Shown here: positions 37,533 through 52,500 of the stretch, piece after piece
How positions within the stretch are numbered: the first letter of the stretch is position 1
Layout: each line of letters starts with the position of its first letter
DNA from: Bacteroidales bacterium
Lineage (GTDB): Bacteria > Bacteroidota > Bacteroidia > Bacteroidales > UBA4417
DNA: 58,243 nucleotides
Direction of reading: 5' to 3'
Assembly: GCA_038237165.1 (NCBI GenBank)
Contig: JBBRYZ010000004.1
Coordinates: 1 to 58,243 of the forward strand
Notes under the pieces: generated by a model
The model's database searches: none
Seen by the model: the letters and a program-made list of their open reading frames with translations, nothing else
Told to the model about the DNA's origin: nothing
Program-made: the position numbers and the translations under genes

Positions 37533-40500
37533 ATGATACAAGCTCTACTCAACCTGCTCAGGGTGGCTATGTCGTTAAGGCATTTGCTACCTGTATTCTT
37601 GTTTACACTTGGAAGCCTGAATCTTCACGCACAATGCCCCCCTACTGTTACTGCCGTTCCATCGTCATCAAGCCAGGAAACCACAGCTTCAACAGCTACA
37701 ATTTGCTCAGGCGATTCGGTACAGATGAATGCTGCTCCATCAACGGGTACAACATGGCAATGGTATAAAGACGGGGTACTTATATCCGGGGCAACAAAAA
37801 GTACATACTACGGCATGGACAATGCCAATTATACGGTCAGGGTCGGAGGTTGCGGATCCCAGTCCCAAATTTTTCACATTACACTCAAACCACTGCCTAT
37901 ATTATCTATTATTCCTTCCTCGAAGGCTTTATGTGATGGCCAGGATGTCACGCTTTTTGTGAATGCAGGAGCTAATGTTGGCTGGGTTTGGATAAACCCA
38001 AATCCAAGTTCTATATATCTCACGAACATTAATCCAGTGACCCCAAATGTTACTACCACTACTACCTTTCAGGTTGTGGGTGGAAGCACCATTACCGGAT
38101 GTGCCAAAACAGATGCTGTTACCATAGTAGTATATCCTATTTTAGTACCGGCAGGTATACAATCAGATGCCCAGATTTGCCCGGGCGCAACACCTCCTTT
38201 AATTACATCGACGCCACCATCAGGCAGCAGCGGAGTATATACCTACCAATGGCAGAGCAGTACAACAAGCGCTACAACCGGGTTCACCGATATTCCAGGG
38301 GCAACTTCTCCTACTTATCAGCCGGGGCCAACTTTGGTTACAACGTGGTACAGGTTAGCAACAATCTCAGCACCTTGCGACCCTGAGAATTCGAATGCTG
38401 TTATTGTCAAGATAAATCCATTTCCAATCTTAACCAGTCCGCCACCGAAAGCAATTTGTTCAGGTAACAATGTTAACTATCAACCTACGAGCAATGTAGG
38501 AGGAACTACATATAAATGGACTGCATCAGTTACATCAGGAACTGTTACCGGTTTTTCACCAACAGGTACTGGTAAAATTAATGACGTTTTATCATTATCT
38601 GCGGGATCTACAACTCCTGGAAAAGTAACGTATGTTATAACTCCTTTTGGTCCGGCGCCTGCAAGTTGCCCCGGCACTCCAAAGAACCTTGTTGTTACTG
38701 TAAATCCAATTCCATTAGTAACTAACTCTCCTCTTTCGCAGGATATTTGTGCGGGAACATTTACCACTCCAATTATTTTACAATCCAACTTAGCCGGCAC
38801 ATCATTTACCTGGACTGCAACTGCCACACCAGGAATTAGCGGTTACCTGGCTTCAGGATCTGGGGATATAGCATCAAGGCAGATTTTTAGTTCGTTGCTT
38901 GTTGCCGGCACCGTAAAATATACCATAACACCTCACGGTCCGTCTCCTGCCAGTTGCGATGGGCCTTCAGTTGTATATACAGTTAATGTTAATCCTTCTC
39001 CCAGTATTACGAATAATCCTATGCAGCAAACCATTTGTACAGGAGATAAAACAACCGCTGTAACACTTACATCAAATGTAGTCTCAACCACATTTACCTG
39101 GACTGCTTCAGCAGTTCCTGCAAGTGTTTCGGGATACCAGGCAAGCGGCACAAGCATAATCCCTGCTCAAACTATAACAAATCCATCCAATGTTCCCGGA
39201 TTAGTAACCTACCATATTATTCCAAGCGGAAGTTTAAACGGATGCCCCGGAGTTCCAAGCGATTATGTAATAACCGTTAATCCTAAACCTATCGCAACTG
39301 CAACTCCCCCGGTTTTAACAATCTGTTCGGGTGATAAAACCAATATAGCTTTATCATCAACAGTTGCCGGAACAACATTTAACTGGATAGCCAGTTCACC
39401 TTTTGTAATATCAGGATTCAGCGATGGAAGTGGCTCTTCAATTAACCAAACTCTGTCAAATAATACGAATACCCCGCATGATGTAACTTATGTTATAATT
39501 CCTACTGCAAACGGATGTGTCGGAGATCCGATAAATGTTGTTGTTACCGTTAACCCGGAAATGGATCTGACTGTTGTTCCTCCGGTTACTTGTTCGGGTA
39601 ATAATGTGGATATTAATCTCGTTGGTAATATGCCAGGAATTGCATTTTCGTGGACTGCTTTTCCGGTTGGCAATGTTACCGGATATACCGATGGAACAGG
39701 ATCAACTATTTCACAAACTCTTGTGAATCATGACGATGTTACACGCACGGTTGTATATTCTGTAACAATGTCAAAATACGGCTGTGACGATGGGCCAAAT
39801 AATTTTACGGTTACAGTTTCCCCTGATCCCAGGGTGACGAATAATCCACTTAAAACGACCCAATGTTCAGGTGATGTATTTAACCTGGCATTGACTTCAA
39901 ATGTCGCCGGAGCTACTTTTACCTGGACTGCCAATGGCACTTCGGGAATTTCCGGTTTTGTATCAGGCGGCGGAAGCACTATTAATCATTTGCTTCAAAA
40001 CAGCTCTAATGCACCGGGAACAGTAGTTTATACAATTACTCCCAGTGCCAACGGGTGTGCAGGAACACCTGTAAATTATGTAGTAACGGTAAACCCTATT
40101 CCAACAGTCAATCTTAGTCCTGCCAGCCAGGCTATATGTTCAGGAAGTTCCACCTTGCCGGTTACTCTTTCATCGCCGGTTGCCGGAACAACATTTACAT
40201 GGACGGCTTCACCATCGGGATCCGGCATCTCGAGTTATACAGCTTCAGGATCTGCCATAATCCCTTCCCAGGTAATTAACAGTACATTATCAGTTCAGGG
40301 TGCAGTAACCTATAAGGTAACGCCTTCGTTTTCAGGATGCACAGGCCCAACTGCCAATCATATTGTAACTATAAATCCAATACCACAGGTTATTAACGCA
40401 CCTATGTCGCAAACCATTTGTTCAGGAGCTACTTCTGCAAATGTTAACTTACTTTCGAATGTTGCAGGCACAACCTTTACCTGGATAGCAACAGCATCAT

Positions 40501-43500
40501 CAACATCTGTAACAGGTTTCACAGCCAGTGGCGGAAATACAATTCCTGCTCAAACTATTTTTAATTATTCAACCACAGTTGAAAGTGTATCATACCAGGT
40601 TATTCCAACTTCCAATTTCGGGCCAAACTGCCCGGGACCTATTGCCACTTACACAATTAATGTTCAGCCTCTTCCGTCAATTAGCAGCAACCTGAGTACT
40701 TCTGTATGCAGCGGACAATCTCTTAATTATTCGATAACCAGCAATCTTGCCGGAACAACGTTTACCTGGACGAGGGCAACAGTGTCCGGAATCAGTAATC
40801 CAACAGCTTCCGGTTCAACATCGGCCATAAGCGAAACCCTGATTAATACTACCAATTTTGATATTGACGTTGAGTATATTTTAACACCAACCGGACAAGC
40901 ACTTACATTTTGCACAGGGAATTCCGAATCCCTCATTGTAAAAGTTAAAGCATTACCACAAGTTAATGCAGGCCCGGATCTCACCATACCTTACGGAACT
41001 TTTACCACTTTAAACGGATCAGCAAGCGGTGGAACCGGTGCGCTGACCGCCACCTGGACACCTGGTACTTACATAGGTTCAGGAATTAACACTCTTACAC
41101 CTCAGACCATCAACCTTAATATTACCAGGACCTATACCCTGACAGTAAATGATGCTGCAGGTTGTTCAGCTAATGATCAGGCGACAGTTTTTGTAAATGG
41201 AAGCCCACTGTCAGTAGCCCCTACAGCCAACCCTTCAACTGTCTGTGTTGGTGAATCATCAGTGCTTGACCCACATGCAACCGGAGGATCAGGTACATAT
41301 ACTTACCTGTGGACTTCAATGCCTGCAGGGTTTACCTCAACTGCAACAAACCCCAGTGTTACGCCATTAGTTACAACAGTTTATACAGTTACAGCCAATG
41401 ATGGTTTTAATTCAGTTTCAGCTTCTGTAACAGTTACTGTAAATCCTTTGCCGACAAAATATATACTCACAGGAGGAGGAAGCTATTGTTTAGGTGGATC
41501 AGGAGTTGTTGTCGGGTTAGCCGGATCAGAGTCAGGCGTAAATTATCAATTATATAACAACGGAAATCCTGTGGGCACTCCCATACTTGGAAACGGAGCC
41601 CCGGTGAGTTTCGGCAACCAGACTGCTGCAGGAATATATACTGCAAGAGCAACACGGATTTCGACAAGTTGTTCTCAGGACATGGGAAGCAGTGTTTTAG
41701 TTTCAATTAATCCTCTTCCGGTTCCCGATGCCGGCCTCGACCAGATTATTACTTACGGAACAAATACAACCTTGTTCGGGACATCAACAGCAGGAACCGG
41801 ACCATACAATTATGCATGGGAGCCTTCTGCATTTATTGTATCAGGACAAAATACTTTTTCGCCAACTACAACAAATGTTTATTCAAACATAACTTATACA
41901 CTTAATGTAACTGATAGTAAAGGCTGCACCGGATCCGATCAGGTGGCTGTTTCACTCAGTGGCAGTGCAATTAATATAGTAGCTGTATCCGGGCCCGATG
42001 AAATTTGTGCTGACTCTTCCCTGGCACAATTAAAGGCAGTTGTTACAGGCGGAACAGGGATTTATACCTATTCCTGGACAAGCAACCCTCCCGGCAGCCC
42101 GGTATGGACATCAACGGATCAGAACCCAATAGTATCACCTGATGTTACAACTACTTATACTGTTACTGTGAGTGACGGTTTTAATTCAGCAGTTGCATCA
42201 GCCAATATCCTGGTGCATCCGCTGCCATTATTGTATAGCATAACCGGAGGAGGCCCTTACTGTTTCGCAGGCTCAGGAGCTAACATTGGTTTAAGCGGAT
42301 CGGAGCCATTTACCAATTATCAATTATACAGAGGTGGTGTAGCAGATGGACCACCTGTAACCGGCAACGGCTCACCTATAAGTTTCGGTAACCGGACTGC
42401 ATCATTCACCTATACGGTTGTGGCAACCAAAAATATCACCGGATGCACTGAGAAAATGAATGGAAGTACAACGGTAACAATAGTACCGCCACCAACTCAA
42501 TATGTTGTAACCGGAGGAGGTTCATATCCTTTTGGCGGACCCGGGAGAGAAATCGGTTTAATGCATGGCGATAACGGAATTAGTTATCAGTTATATTATA
42601 ATAATACACCTATCGGAACTCCGATAACAGGTGCTGGCACCAGTATTAATTTTGGCTACCAGACCCAGGCCGGGACCTACACTGTTGTTGGAACAGACCC
42701 TGTAACAGGTTGCACAGCCGATATGTCAGGAAGTGTCAATATCACTATTCTGCCACTTCCTGTAATTTACAGTGTTACAGGTGGTGGAATGATCTGCCTC
42801 GGCGAGCCCGGATTACAAGTTGGACTTACAGGTTCAGAGGGTGGAATAGATTATCAGATTTTATTAAATGGATTACCTTTTGGGCCGGTCGTTCCCGGAA
42901 CAAATAGTCCTTTAGATTGGAGCCCTATCAGCACTTCAGGTTTATTCGAAGTACGTGCCGTTAATCCAATTACCGGCATAACTCAAATGATGAACGACAG
43001 TGCAGTAATAATTGTTAACCCAGCACTTACTATATTTTCCGTTGATCCAATTGGATCTCAATGTCCGGGCACTATTATACGTCTCAATGGCTCTGAAGCA
43101 GGCAACATGTATTTCCTGATGCTGAACGGAATTGTAATTGACACCATTGTAGGAACCGGAGCTGTAGGCTTCCTCGATTTCGGACCACAAACCATAAATG
43201 GCACGTACACGATCAGTGCTGTGAACATGACTACCGGCTGTAAGGCCATGATGAATGGAAGCACATATATTAGTATAGCCCCTAAGATTTTTACAGTTAT
43301 TCCAGCCGGAATTCTTTGTCCGGGGCAGGATATTATCCTTGATGGATCAGAACCAGGTGTAAATTATCAACTCCGGTGGAACGGAACATTTGACCTGGGT
43401 GCTCCGGTAGCAGGTACAGGATTATCAATCATTGTAGGCACTGTAGGGCTTCCAGGAATCTATTCGGTGATAGCTACCAATGCAACAACGAATTGCGTAT

Positions 43501-46500
43501 CATACATGAATGACAGCGCTACTTTATACCCGGATCCAACTGTATATACCATTGTACCTGATGGTCCTGCCTGCGAAGGTGATATTATAGGGCTGAATGG
43601 TTCAGAGTTAGGAGTTGATTATGTTTTGTTACTTGATAATGCAATACATCTTGATACGATTTCGGGAACAGGATTACCAATCAGTTTCGGACCACAGATG
43701 ACTGCAGGAAACTATACAGTACTTGCAATTAACCAGACTACCTACTGTATATTCCCCATGGCTGGAACAACAGTTATGAATGACAGCCCGATACAATACT
43801 CTGTTCAACCGGCAGGAATACAATGTGTCGGTAATATAATTTCTCTTTCTGGGTCACAACCAGGCATTACTTACCAGCTAATGCTTGACGGACTTTACAA
43901 TATGGGTGCACCCGTTGCAGGTACCGGCAGCGCTATCAGTTTCGGAGCACAAAATCTTACCGGTGCTTATACCGTAAGAGCTGTAAATGACCTGAGCGGA
44001 TGTAATTCAATTATGGCTGACAGCACTATTTTTCAGCCCCTTCCGGTTGCATTTACTGTTACCCCGTCAGGAAGTTATTGTGCAGGAGTTTCAATTGGCC
44101 TCAACGGAACACAATTAAATACTAACTATATTCTTGTCCTTGACGGCTCAATACATCTTGACACCATCGCAGGTAACGGAAGTTCTATTGATTTTGGTCC
44201 ACAGACAACAGCAGGAACATATTCAATTGTGGCATACAACACAGCCACATTCTGCTCAAATACAATGAATGGCAGTCCAATAATTAAAGCAACACCGGTA
44301 CAATTTAATATTACTCCTGCAGGAAGTACATGTGCAGGTGGCAACATTGGTCTCGACACTTCAGAAATCGGTGCATCGTATCAGCTTCGCCTGAACGGAA
44401 TCATTAATATAGGCTCAGCTGTAGCAGGTACAGGATCAGCAATTAGTTTTGGCGCACAGACTGTACCTGGTATTTACACAGCAATAGCAACCAATCCTAA
44501 TGGCTGTAGCGCAATAATGATTGGAAGCGTATTAGTAAATCCAAATCCTGTTGCTTACAACATTACTCCGGACGCAATACGTTGCCCGGGTACTGAAATT
44601 GGAATTGACGGATCGGAAACGGGCATAAGTTATATGCTTGTTCTCGATGGCGCAATTCATCTTGATACACTTGCAGGGACCAGTTCTGCATTATCTTTTG
44701 GAATACAGACCACATCAGGAACCTATTCAATAATTGCTTTCAATGATATTACGCTATGCCAGAAGTTGATGAACGGCAATACAATAATAAATCCGGCTCC
44801 GATTGCTTACAATCTTACACCAGCCGGCATCAATTGCGTTGGCACTGTAATCGGGCTTGATAATTCAGAAACAGGAGTATCCTATCAGTTACGTTTGAAC
44901 GGATCAACAAACATCGGATTACCTGTTGCAGGAACAGGTTCAGCAATCAGTTTCGGAGTTCAGACTATACCGGGCACTTACACTGTTGAGGCCTCAGGCA
45001 GCAACGGATGTACAAATATGATGAGCAACAGTGTTGTAATAAACCCTGGTCCTACTGTTTTCACTCAACTTCCGGCAGGCAGTCAATGCCCGGGTACTGT
45101 TATTTCACTAAACGGATCTCAAACCGGAATTAAATATGTATTGGTACGTGACGGGATTTTCTTTTCAGATACATTGACAGGTACCGGTTCAGTTATTAGT
45201 TTTGGAAAACAATCCATCACCGGCACATACACAATTGTAGCATTTTCGGCAGTAACATCATGCCCCGCTGTAATGAACAGCAATACAACTATTTTGGTTG
45301 GGCCTACAGCTTTCAATGTAACTCCGGCAGGTATTATCTGCGCCGGAAGCACGATTGGTCTTGATGGCTCCGACCTGGGAATAACTTACCAGCTGCGTCG
45401 CGATGGCATTAGCAATATAGGTGCACCAGTTGATGGAACAGGATCGGCAATCACTTTCGGAGCAATAAATACTCCGGGAACTTATACCATTATTGGTACA
45501 AGCACCTTGAATAGCTGTGCTACCATTATGAACGGAAATGCAGTGCTGCAACCTATCCCGGTAGTCTATTCCATTACTTCACCAGGGATTCAATGTGCAG
45601 GAACTTCAATCATATTGAATGGATCGCAAACTGGTGTTGATTATGTTCTGGTTCTGGATAACACTTTTAATATAGACACTATCGCCGGTACAGGAACTAT
45701 GATCGATTTCGGACCACAGTCCGTAACCGGAAATTATACTGTTGTAGCCATAAGCGGAACAAGCAGTTGCCGGACATTAATGAACGGCTCGACCAAGATC
45801 ATGGCCTACCCTACTGCTTTCCATACAACACCTTCCGGACTTACCTGTGAATCTGCAATTGTCGGCCTTAATGGTTCAGAAGCCGGTGTTAATTATGTAC
45901 TTTATAAATATGGAATAAGTACCGGTATCTCAATAGCCGGAACAGGAAATGCAATAAGTTTTGGAAAATTATTCCTCGGTATTTATACAATAAAAGCTGT
46001 TAATCAGACCTCCAATTGCAGTATTTTCATGACTGGCACAATTGAAATAAGCAATCCCGCAGTTGTTAAAGCAGGCCTGGATGAAACCATTTGTACTACC
46101 GGGACAGCAGATCTGAACGCTATAGTTACCAACAACAACGGAGTTGCCACATGGACGACCAGTGGTGACGGAACTTTTAATGATGTTAATTCGCTGACAG
46201 CTATATATACCCCGGGAACAATTGACAAGGCTGCAGGTATTGCGTACCTTGTGCTTACTACGAAAGGATCGGCAGGTTGCGCAACAACTTCTGCAACCGA
46301 TACGGTGGAACTGACAATAAATCAACTTACAACTGCTGATGCAGGTGGCGATATTGATGTTTGCACAGCAGGCGGATATACCATAAAAGGTGCCTCGGCA
46401 GTGCATTATAACGCTGTAAGCTGGACATCGTCAGGCTCCGGAACTTTTGCCAACGCCAATACAATTGCTCCTACTTACACTCCTTCAGCCTACGACATTG

Positions 46501-49500
46501 CGGCTGGTTCAGTTTTATTAACCATGAATGTTACCGGTACAGCACCATGCTCCAACAATGCAAGTGATGTTATTACAATGAATTTCCACCCGACTGTTAC
46601 TGTATATGCAGGGCCTGACGCAACCATTAATTACGGCAGTCTTTTCAATGCTTCTGATGCTTCAGTTCAGAATTCAACTGCAGTAAAATGGACAACTACC
46701 GGAAGCGGGACATTCAATAACAATGCAATGGTAAATGCTACCTATACTCCAAGCATTGCCGATTTTGCTCAAGGATCAGTAGTTCTTTCTCTAGCCGGAA
46801 TCAACAATGCTTCATGTGCACCGGTTATCGATAATCTTACATTAACCCTGACAAATTTATGGAATGTTGAATTTGCCTGGGGTGCAACCTGTGATTCTCA
46901 GTCGGTTGAATTCACTGTAAACGCTAAAATTACCAATGCATTTGCAATTGGCAAATGGTTCTGGGATTTTGGGGATGGTACAACCTCGTCACTCATGAAC
47001 CCGACCCACCTTTTCCCTAATGCAGGTGCGTATAAGGTTATACTTACTGCTACTGATATAAACGGATTTGAAAGTATAACTTCACACTCTCTGTATATTT
47101 CGGAGTTTCCGGTTGCTCTCTTTAGCAGCAGTATTCCTAACTGCTCCAATGAAATGGTAAATTTCAACGACCTTTCGCATACCCTTTACGGCTATGTTGC
47201 AGAATGGAAATGGAATTATGGTGACGGCTCAGCCAATGACACCATTCAGTTCCCTGACCAGCCCAATGTTTCGCATCTTTATAATGCAGCCGGAACATTT
47301 AATGTTACTCTGTCAATCACCAATTCATTCGGATGTACAACAGCTACAACACTTCCGGTAGATGTAATCGAAGCCCCGATAGCTAATTTCCAGAATGTGG
47401 ATTATTGCTCAGGTCTTGAAACTTCCTTCCGTGATGCTTCCTATGCCAACGGCCCGGGGAATACTGTTCAATACTGGTGGAATTTCGGTGATCCCGCCAC
47501 AGGAATCGACAATTATTCGGATAAAAAGGATGCTACCCATATCTTTAGCGCAACGGGAACTTACCAGGTAACGCATGTAGTCCGCAATTTCAATAACTGC
47601 ACCGATACTATTGTAAAAAAGGTTGTTATACTTGATCAGATTCCTGTTGACTTTGTTCACGGTTTCACATGCCTTGACGGCAAAGCCAGTTTCGGGCCCG
47701 ATACAACGGTAATGAACACTTTAGCAATCACCAACTGGGAATGGAATTTCGGTGATGGCACTATCAACAACCAGCAGAATACCAGTCACGTATATACTCA
47801 GCCAGGCACCTACGAGGTAAAGCTCACGATAATTGACACCTCAGGTTGCAAGGCTTCGAAAACACATACTGTAGTTGTTAACAAGCTTCCGGTAGTGCTG
47901 TTCAATACTTCGCAACAGCCATGTATTAACGCACCCATACATTTTGATGATGTATCGAATACTTATGCAGGTCATATTATAAAATGGAACTGGGATTTCG
48001 GTGACGGTAATTCACAGCAGATCCTTAACCCTGCAAATCCGGATACAGATCATACCTATTCTGCATCAGGAACATTTATTGTAACACTCACCATTACATC
48101 AAGTGACAGCTGCACTGCTGTAAGCCAGCAATCGATTGTAATTAATCCTGCCCCCGTTGCAAACTTTGATTATACAAATGCATGCCAGGCGACCCAGGTA
48201 CAATTTAACGACCTCACACAGACAAGCGGTGCAGGCATGATAACCTCATGGACCTGGAATTTTGGCGACGGCGCTTCAGGAATCAAAAATACTTCAATAC
48301 TTCAAAATCCCACACATTACTATGTTAAAACCGGCGTTTATCAAGTGTCGCTCACGATTACTACCGTAAACGGATGCTCCTCAACATATGTAAAAACGGT
48401 TAAAATTACAGCAGCGCCTTTCGTTGATTTCAATTATGACAAACGTTGTGCTGAAGCTGTAATACAGTTTTCGCCCACAGCAGGAGTTATTGCTGCCGGA
48501 GTTGCAAAATGGGAATGGTCGTTTGGCGACGGATCAACCTCCGCAAACATCACTCCTCAGCATACCTATAACGCGTCAGGTAATTTTGTTATAAGTTTAA
48601 TTATAACGAATACAACAGGCTGTCAGAGTTCGGTTGCGCACAGCATAAATGTTCTGCCAGTGCCGACTTCCAAATTCAGCACTGATGAATCGTCATGCTC
48701 GCAGCACAAGGTTGCATTCATAAATCAGTCAACTGATCCCGCAGGAAGCATTGTACGTTGGGAATATAATTTCGGCGATGGAACAAATGCCATCGTTAAC
48801 TATCCGGGAAATCCCAATGTTGTGCACACCTACGCTACAGCCGGAACTTTTGTTGCAAGCCTCACCGTTGTTACCGAAAACAGTTGTTCAGCCACCACAT
48901 CGCAGAATATCCAGATTTTGCCAAATCCATTGGCCAATTTCAGCACAAGCGCTTCCTGCCTGGGATCTGCTGTACAGTTCAGTGATCTGTCGCAGGGTAA
49001 GGTGAAATCATGGGCATGGGATTTCGGCGATCAGGGCTCAGGAGCAAATAACACCTCCACACAGCAAAATCCATCACACACGTATCTTCAGGCAGGCAAT
49101 TTCACAATTACCCTTCGCGTTGAAAATGCCAACGGATGCACTGATACTTATACCCGTATCCTTGGTATTTCGGACAAGCCTGCTACTGATTTCAGCTATA
49201 ACAATGGCTGTGCTTCCGATACCGTACGTTTCAACAGTTCTGCGTATGTGGATGTTGCCTCAACTTCCACATATTTATGGAACTTTGGGGACAACAGCAC
49301 CTCGGTTGTTGCCAATCCATACCATTTATACGCTGCTCCGGGAATGTATATTGTTTCCCTTACACTAACGAATAAGAACGGCTGTACCAATGTTAAAACC
49401 CGTAAAGTACAGGTTACTACTGCTCCTACTGCTATGTTTACTCACTCATCTTTGTCATGCTCAGGTACAGCCGTTCTTTTTACTGACTTCTCATCCACAA

Positions 49501-52500
49501 CCAGCGGAACAGTGGAATCTTGGAACTGGAATTTTGATGAAGGCGCCTCACTCACTGTTAACGCACCCGAAAATCCCAATGTAACTCACACCTTTGCTGT
49601 TGATGGCTTCTACGGGGTAACTTTAACCATCCGAACATCTACAGGTTGTTATGCAAGCTACACTTCCACCATAAAAATCAAAGCTGCACCTGCAACTGAA
49701 TTCACCTATATAAATGGGTGCAACAATACACCAACCCAGTTCACCGATCATACCCAAAGCGCAGGTGGTTATGCCATATCAGGCAGAAGCTGGAATTTTG
49801 GCGATCCTGCTTCAGGAATAAGCAACAGTTCAACACTTCAGAATCCTCAGCATACCTTTAGCAGACAGGGAACTTATAATGTAACTCTTACAACTGAAAA
49901 CAGCGAGGGTTGCACAAGTTCGGTAACTCACACCATCATCATCAACCCTGTTAAAGATTTAAACTTCACTCAATCAATATCCTGCGAAGGCACAGCTTCA
50001 ACTTTCAGTGTTGATACAACCGTTATTGGCAAAGCGAATATTTTGGCATACCAATGGAATTTTGGTGATGGTTCGCCTACTTCTACTCTTGCCCATCCTA
50101 GCCATTTATTTCCGAATTCAGGAAATTACAATGTTACACTCACTATAACCCAGCTATCAGGATGCCAGAGCAATGTTTCGAAAAATGTAACCATTCATCA
50201 TCCGCCTGTAGTTCAGTTTACAAGCAATGGTAACTGCGCAGCTAATCAGATAGATTTCAGGGATATGAGTTACAGCTCCGATGGCGAAAAAATGGTTAGC
50301 TGGGCATGGGATTTCGGTGTAACAAATACAACTGCCGATACTTCATCTTTAAAGAATCCTTCATTCAGTTATGCTGCTGCTGGAACTTTTAATGTTAAAC
50401 TAAATGTTACAACTGCATCGGGATGCACTGCCGAAAAAATTATTCAGGTTGTGGTTATTGCCGCGCCAACAGCACTTTTCAGCTCTGTTGCCGAACCTTG
50501 CCACAATGGATCTGTATTGTTTATGGATAAATCCTTCAGCACACAGACGATGATTACCGGATGGAAATGGGAGTTTGCACCTGGTATTTATTCCACCTTT
50601 CAAAACCCGGTTCATGTGTTCGGTGATGCCGACAGCAGCTACAATGTAAAATTAACGGTAACTACAGCCAACGGTTGCACAAATACGGTAATACAGAAAG
50701 TGAGTATTCCTTCGCCGATGAAGGTTGCCATTAATTATACACAGGCATGCTTTGGCGAAACCACTTGGTTTTCATCTACACTTGTTGAACCGGCAGGAGG
50801 CACTATTACATCGTATAAATGGTATTTCGGCGATGCCGCAAGCGGATATAAGAATGAATCAAAACTTGCAAATCCGGAGCATACTTTCAGTAAGCCAGGC
50901 ACTTATGTGATATCACTACAGGCAATTGACCTGAATAATTGCAGTACTACCCGGCTTATAAGTATAACCGTAGATGCGCTGCCAAAATCGGCATTCAGCT
51001 ACAGCGGTGGAAATTGCGACAGCCTTGTAAAATTCAAGGACATGACCGCAGGTGTTAAAATAATACGCTGGATATGGAAATTTGGCGATGGCAAGAGCAA
51101 AATTATTGTTGCACCCTATAACCAGAATGTTACTCACTATTATGCATACCCGGGTATTTATGAAGCTACTCTTATTACTGAAAGTGAAGCGGGATGCCAT
51201 GATACCGTTACAAATATCGTCCGCAGAACTCCATGTATGAAAGCCGCATTTGCAATAAAAAGCCCGGTTGTTTGCCAGAAACGCAGTATGGAATTTACCG
51301 AAACCAGCGAATGTGAAGCGCCTATAGCAAGCTGGCAATGGTTCTTTGGCGACGGCACATCGCAAACTTTTACTTCTCCACAACCGGTTGTTCAGCATAC
51401 CTATGCCACTGCAGGAAGCTACAATGTAAAAATGGTTGTAGCTACACAAATGGTAGGCGGTCTGGCAACGGATACAGCCAGAAGCCAGGTAGCGGTAAAC
51501 CCGGCTGCCAAAGCAGCGTACGCATTTCAGGATGCCTGTTCAGGTAACACTACAGCTTTCGACAATCTTTCGCAGAACAACAACACTACCATTAAAAGCT
51601 ACCAATGGAACTTTGGCAATTCAGGTTCAGCAAGTGACACTGCTGCTGCTGTAAATCCAAAATACAGCTATAAACTGGCAGGAGAATACAACGTAAAACT
51701 GGTTGTTACCAATACACTCGGATGTACAGATACTATTGCGAAAAAGGTTACCATTTTTGCCAGTCCAGCTGCCGACTTTACATGGAACACCGCTTGTGAA
51801 GCAAAGCCTGTACATTTCTCCGACAATTCTGAAGCCGCATCCGCAGCCATAACCAACTGGAACTGGAAATTCAGCAGTGAAGCACAGATTCTTGATGCAT
51901 CGACGAAGAAAAGCTGCAACGTTAGTTTCGCCCATGCAGGTACATATGATGCCAACCTGAAAGTTACTGACCGCAACGGATGCTCAACACTCGTTGCCAA
52001 GCAGATAACCATAAAGCCATCCCCTGTGGCCGCATTCAATATAGCCGACAATTACGAAAACAAGCAGGGCCAGGTAGCTATCAGTAACGGAACAATCAAC
52101 GGTACGGAATATGAGTGGAATTTTGGCAACGGAAAAACTTCAACGGCAGAAGCTCCGATAGTTACTTTTGACAGGGAAGGACATTATACTATACAACTTA
52201 TTGCATGGAATGGCCCGAGTTGTGCCGATACGTTGACAATGGCTTACAATCTGATGTTCAAAGGGCTTTATGTGCCCAATGCCCTGAACCCCGGAAATAT
52301 GGATCCTGAGGTCGCTGTTTTCAGGCCAAAAGGCTCAAACCTGAAATCATACCTGGTTGAGATATACGACAGATGGGGCAACCTACTTTGGAGTTCAACC
52401 AAGATCGACAGCAAAGGATCACCGGTGGAATCATGGGATGGAACATTGCATGGTAAAGTTCTTAAAGAGGATGTATATGTATGGATGATCGCGGCACAGT

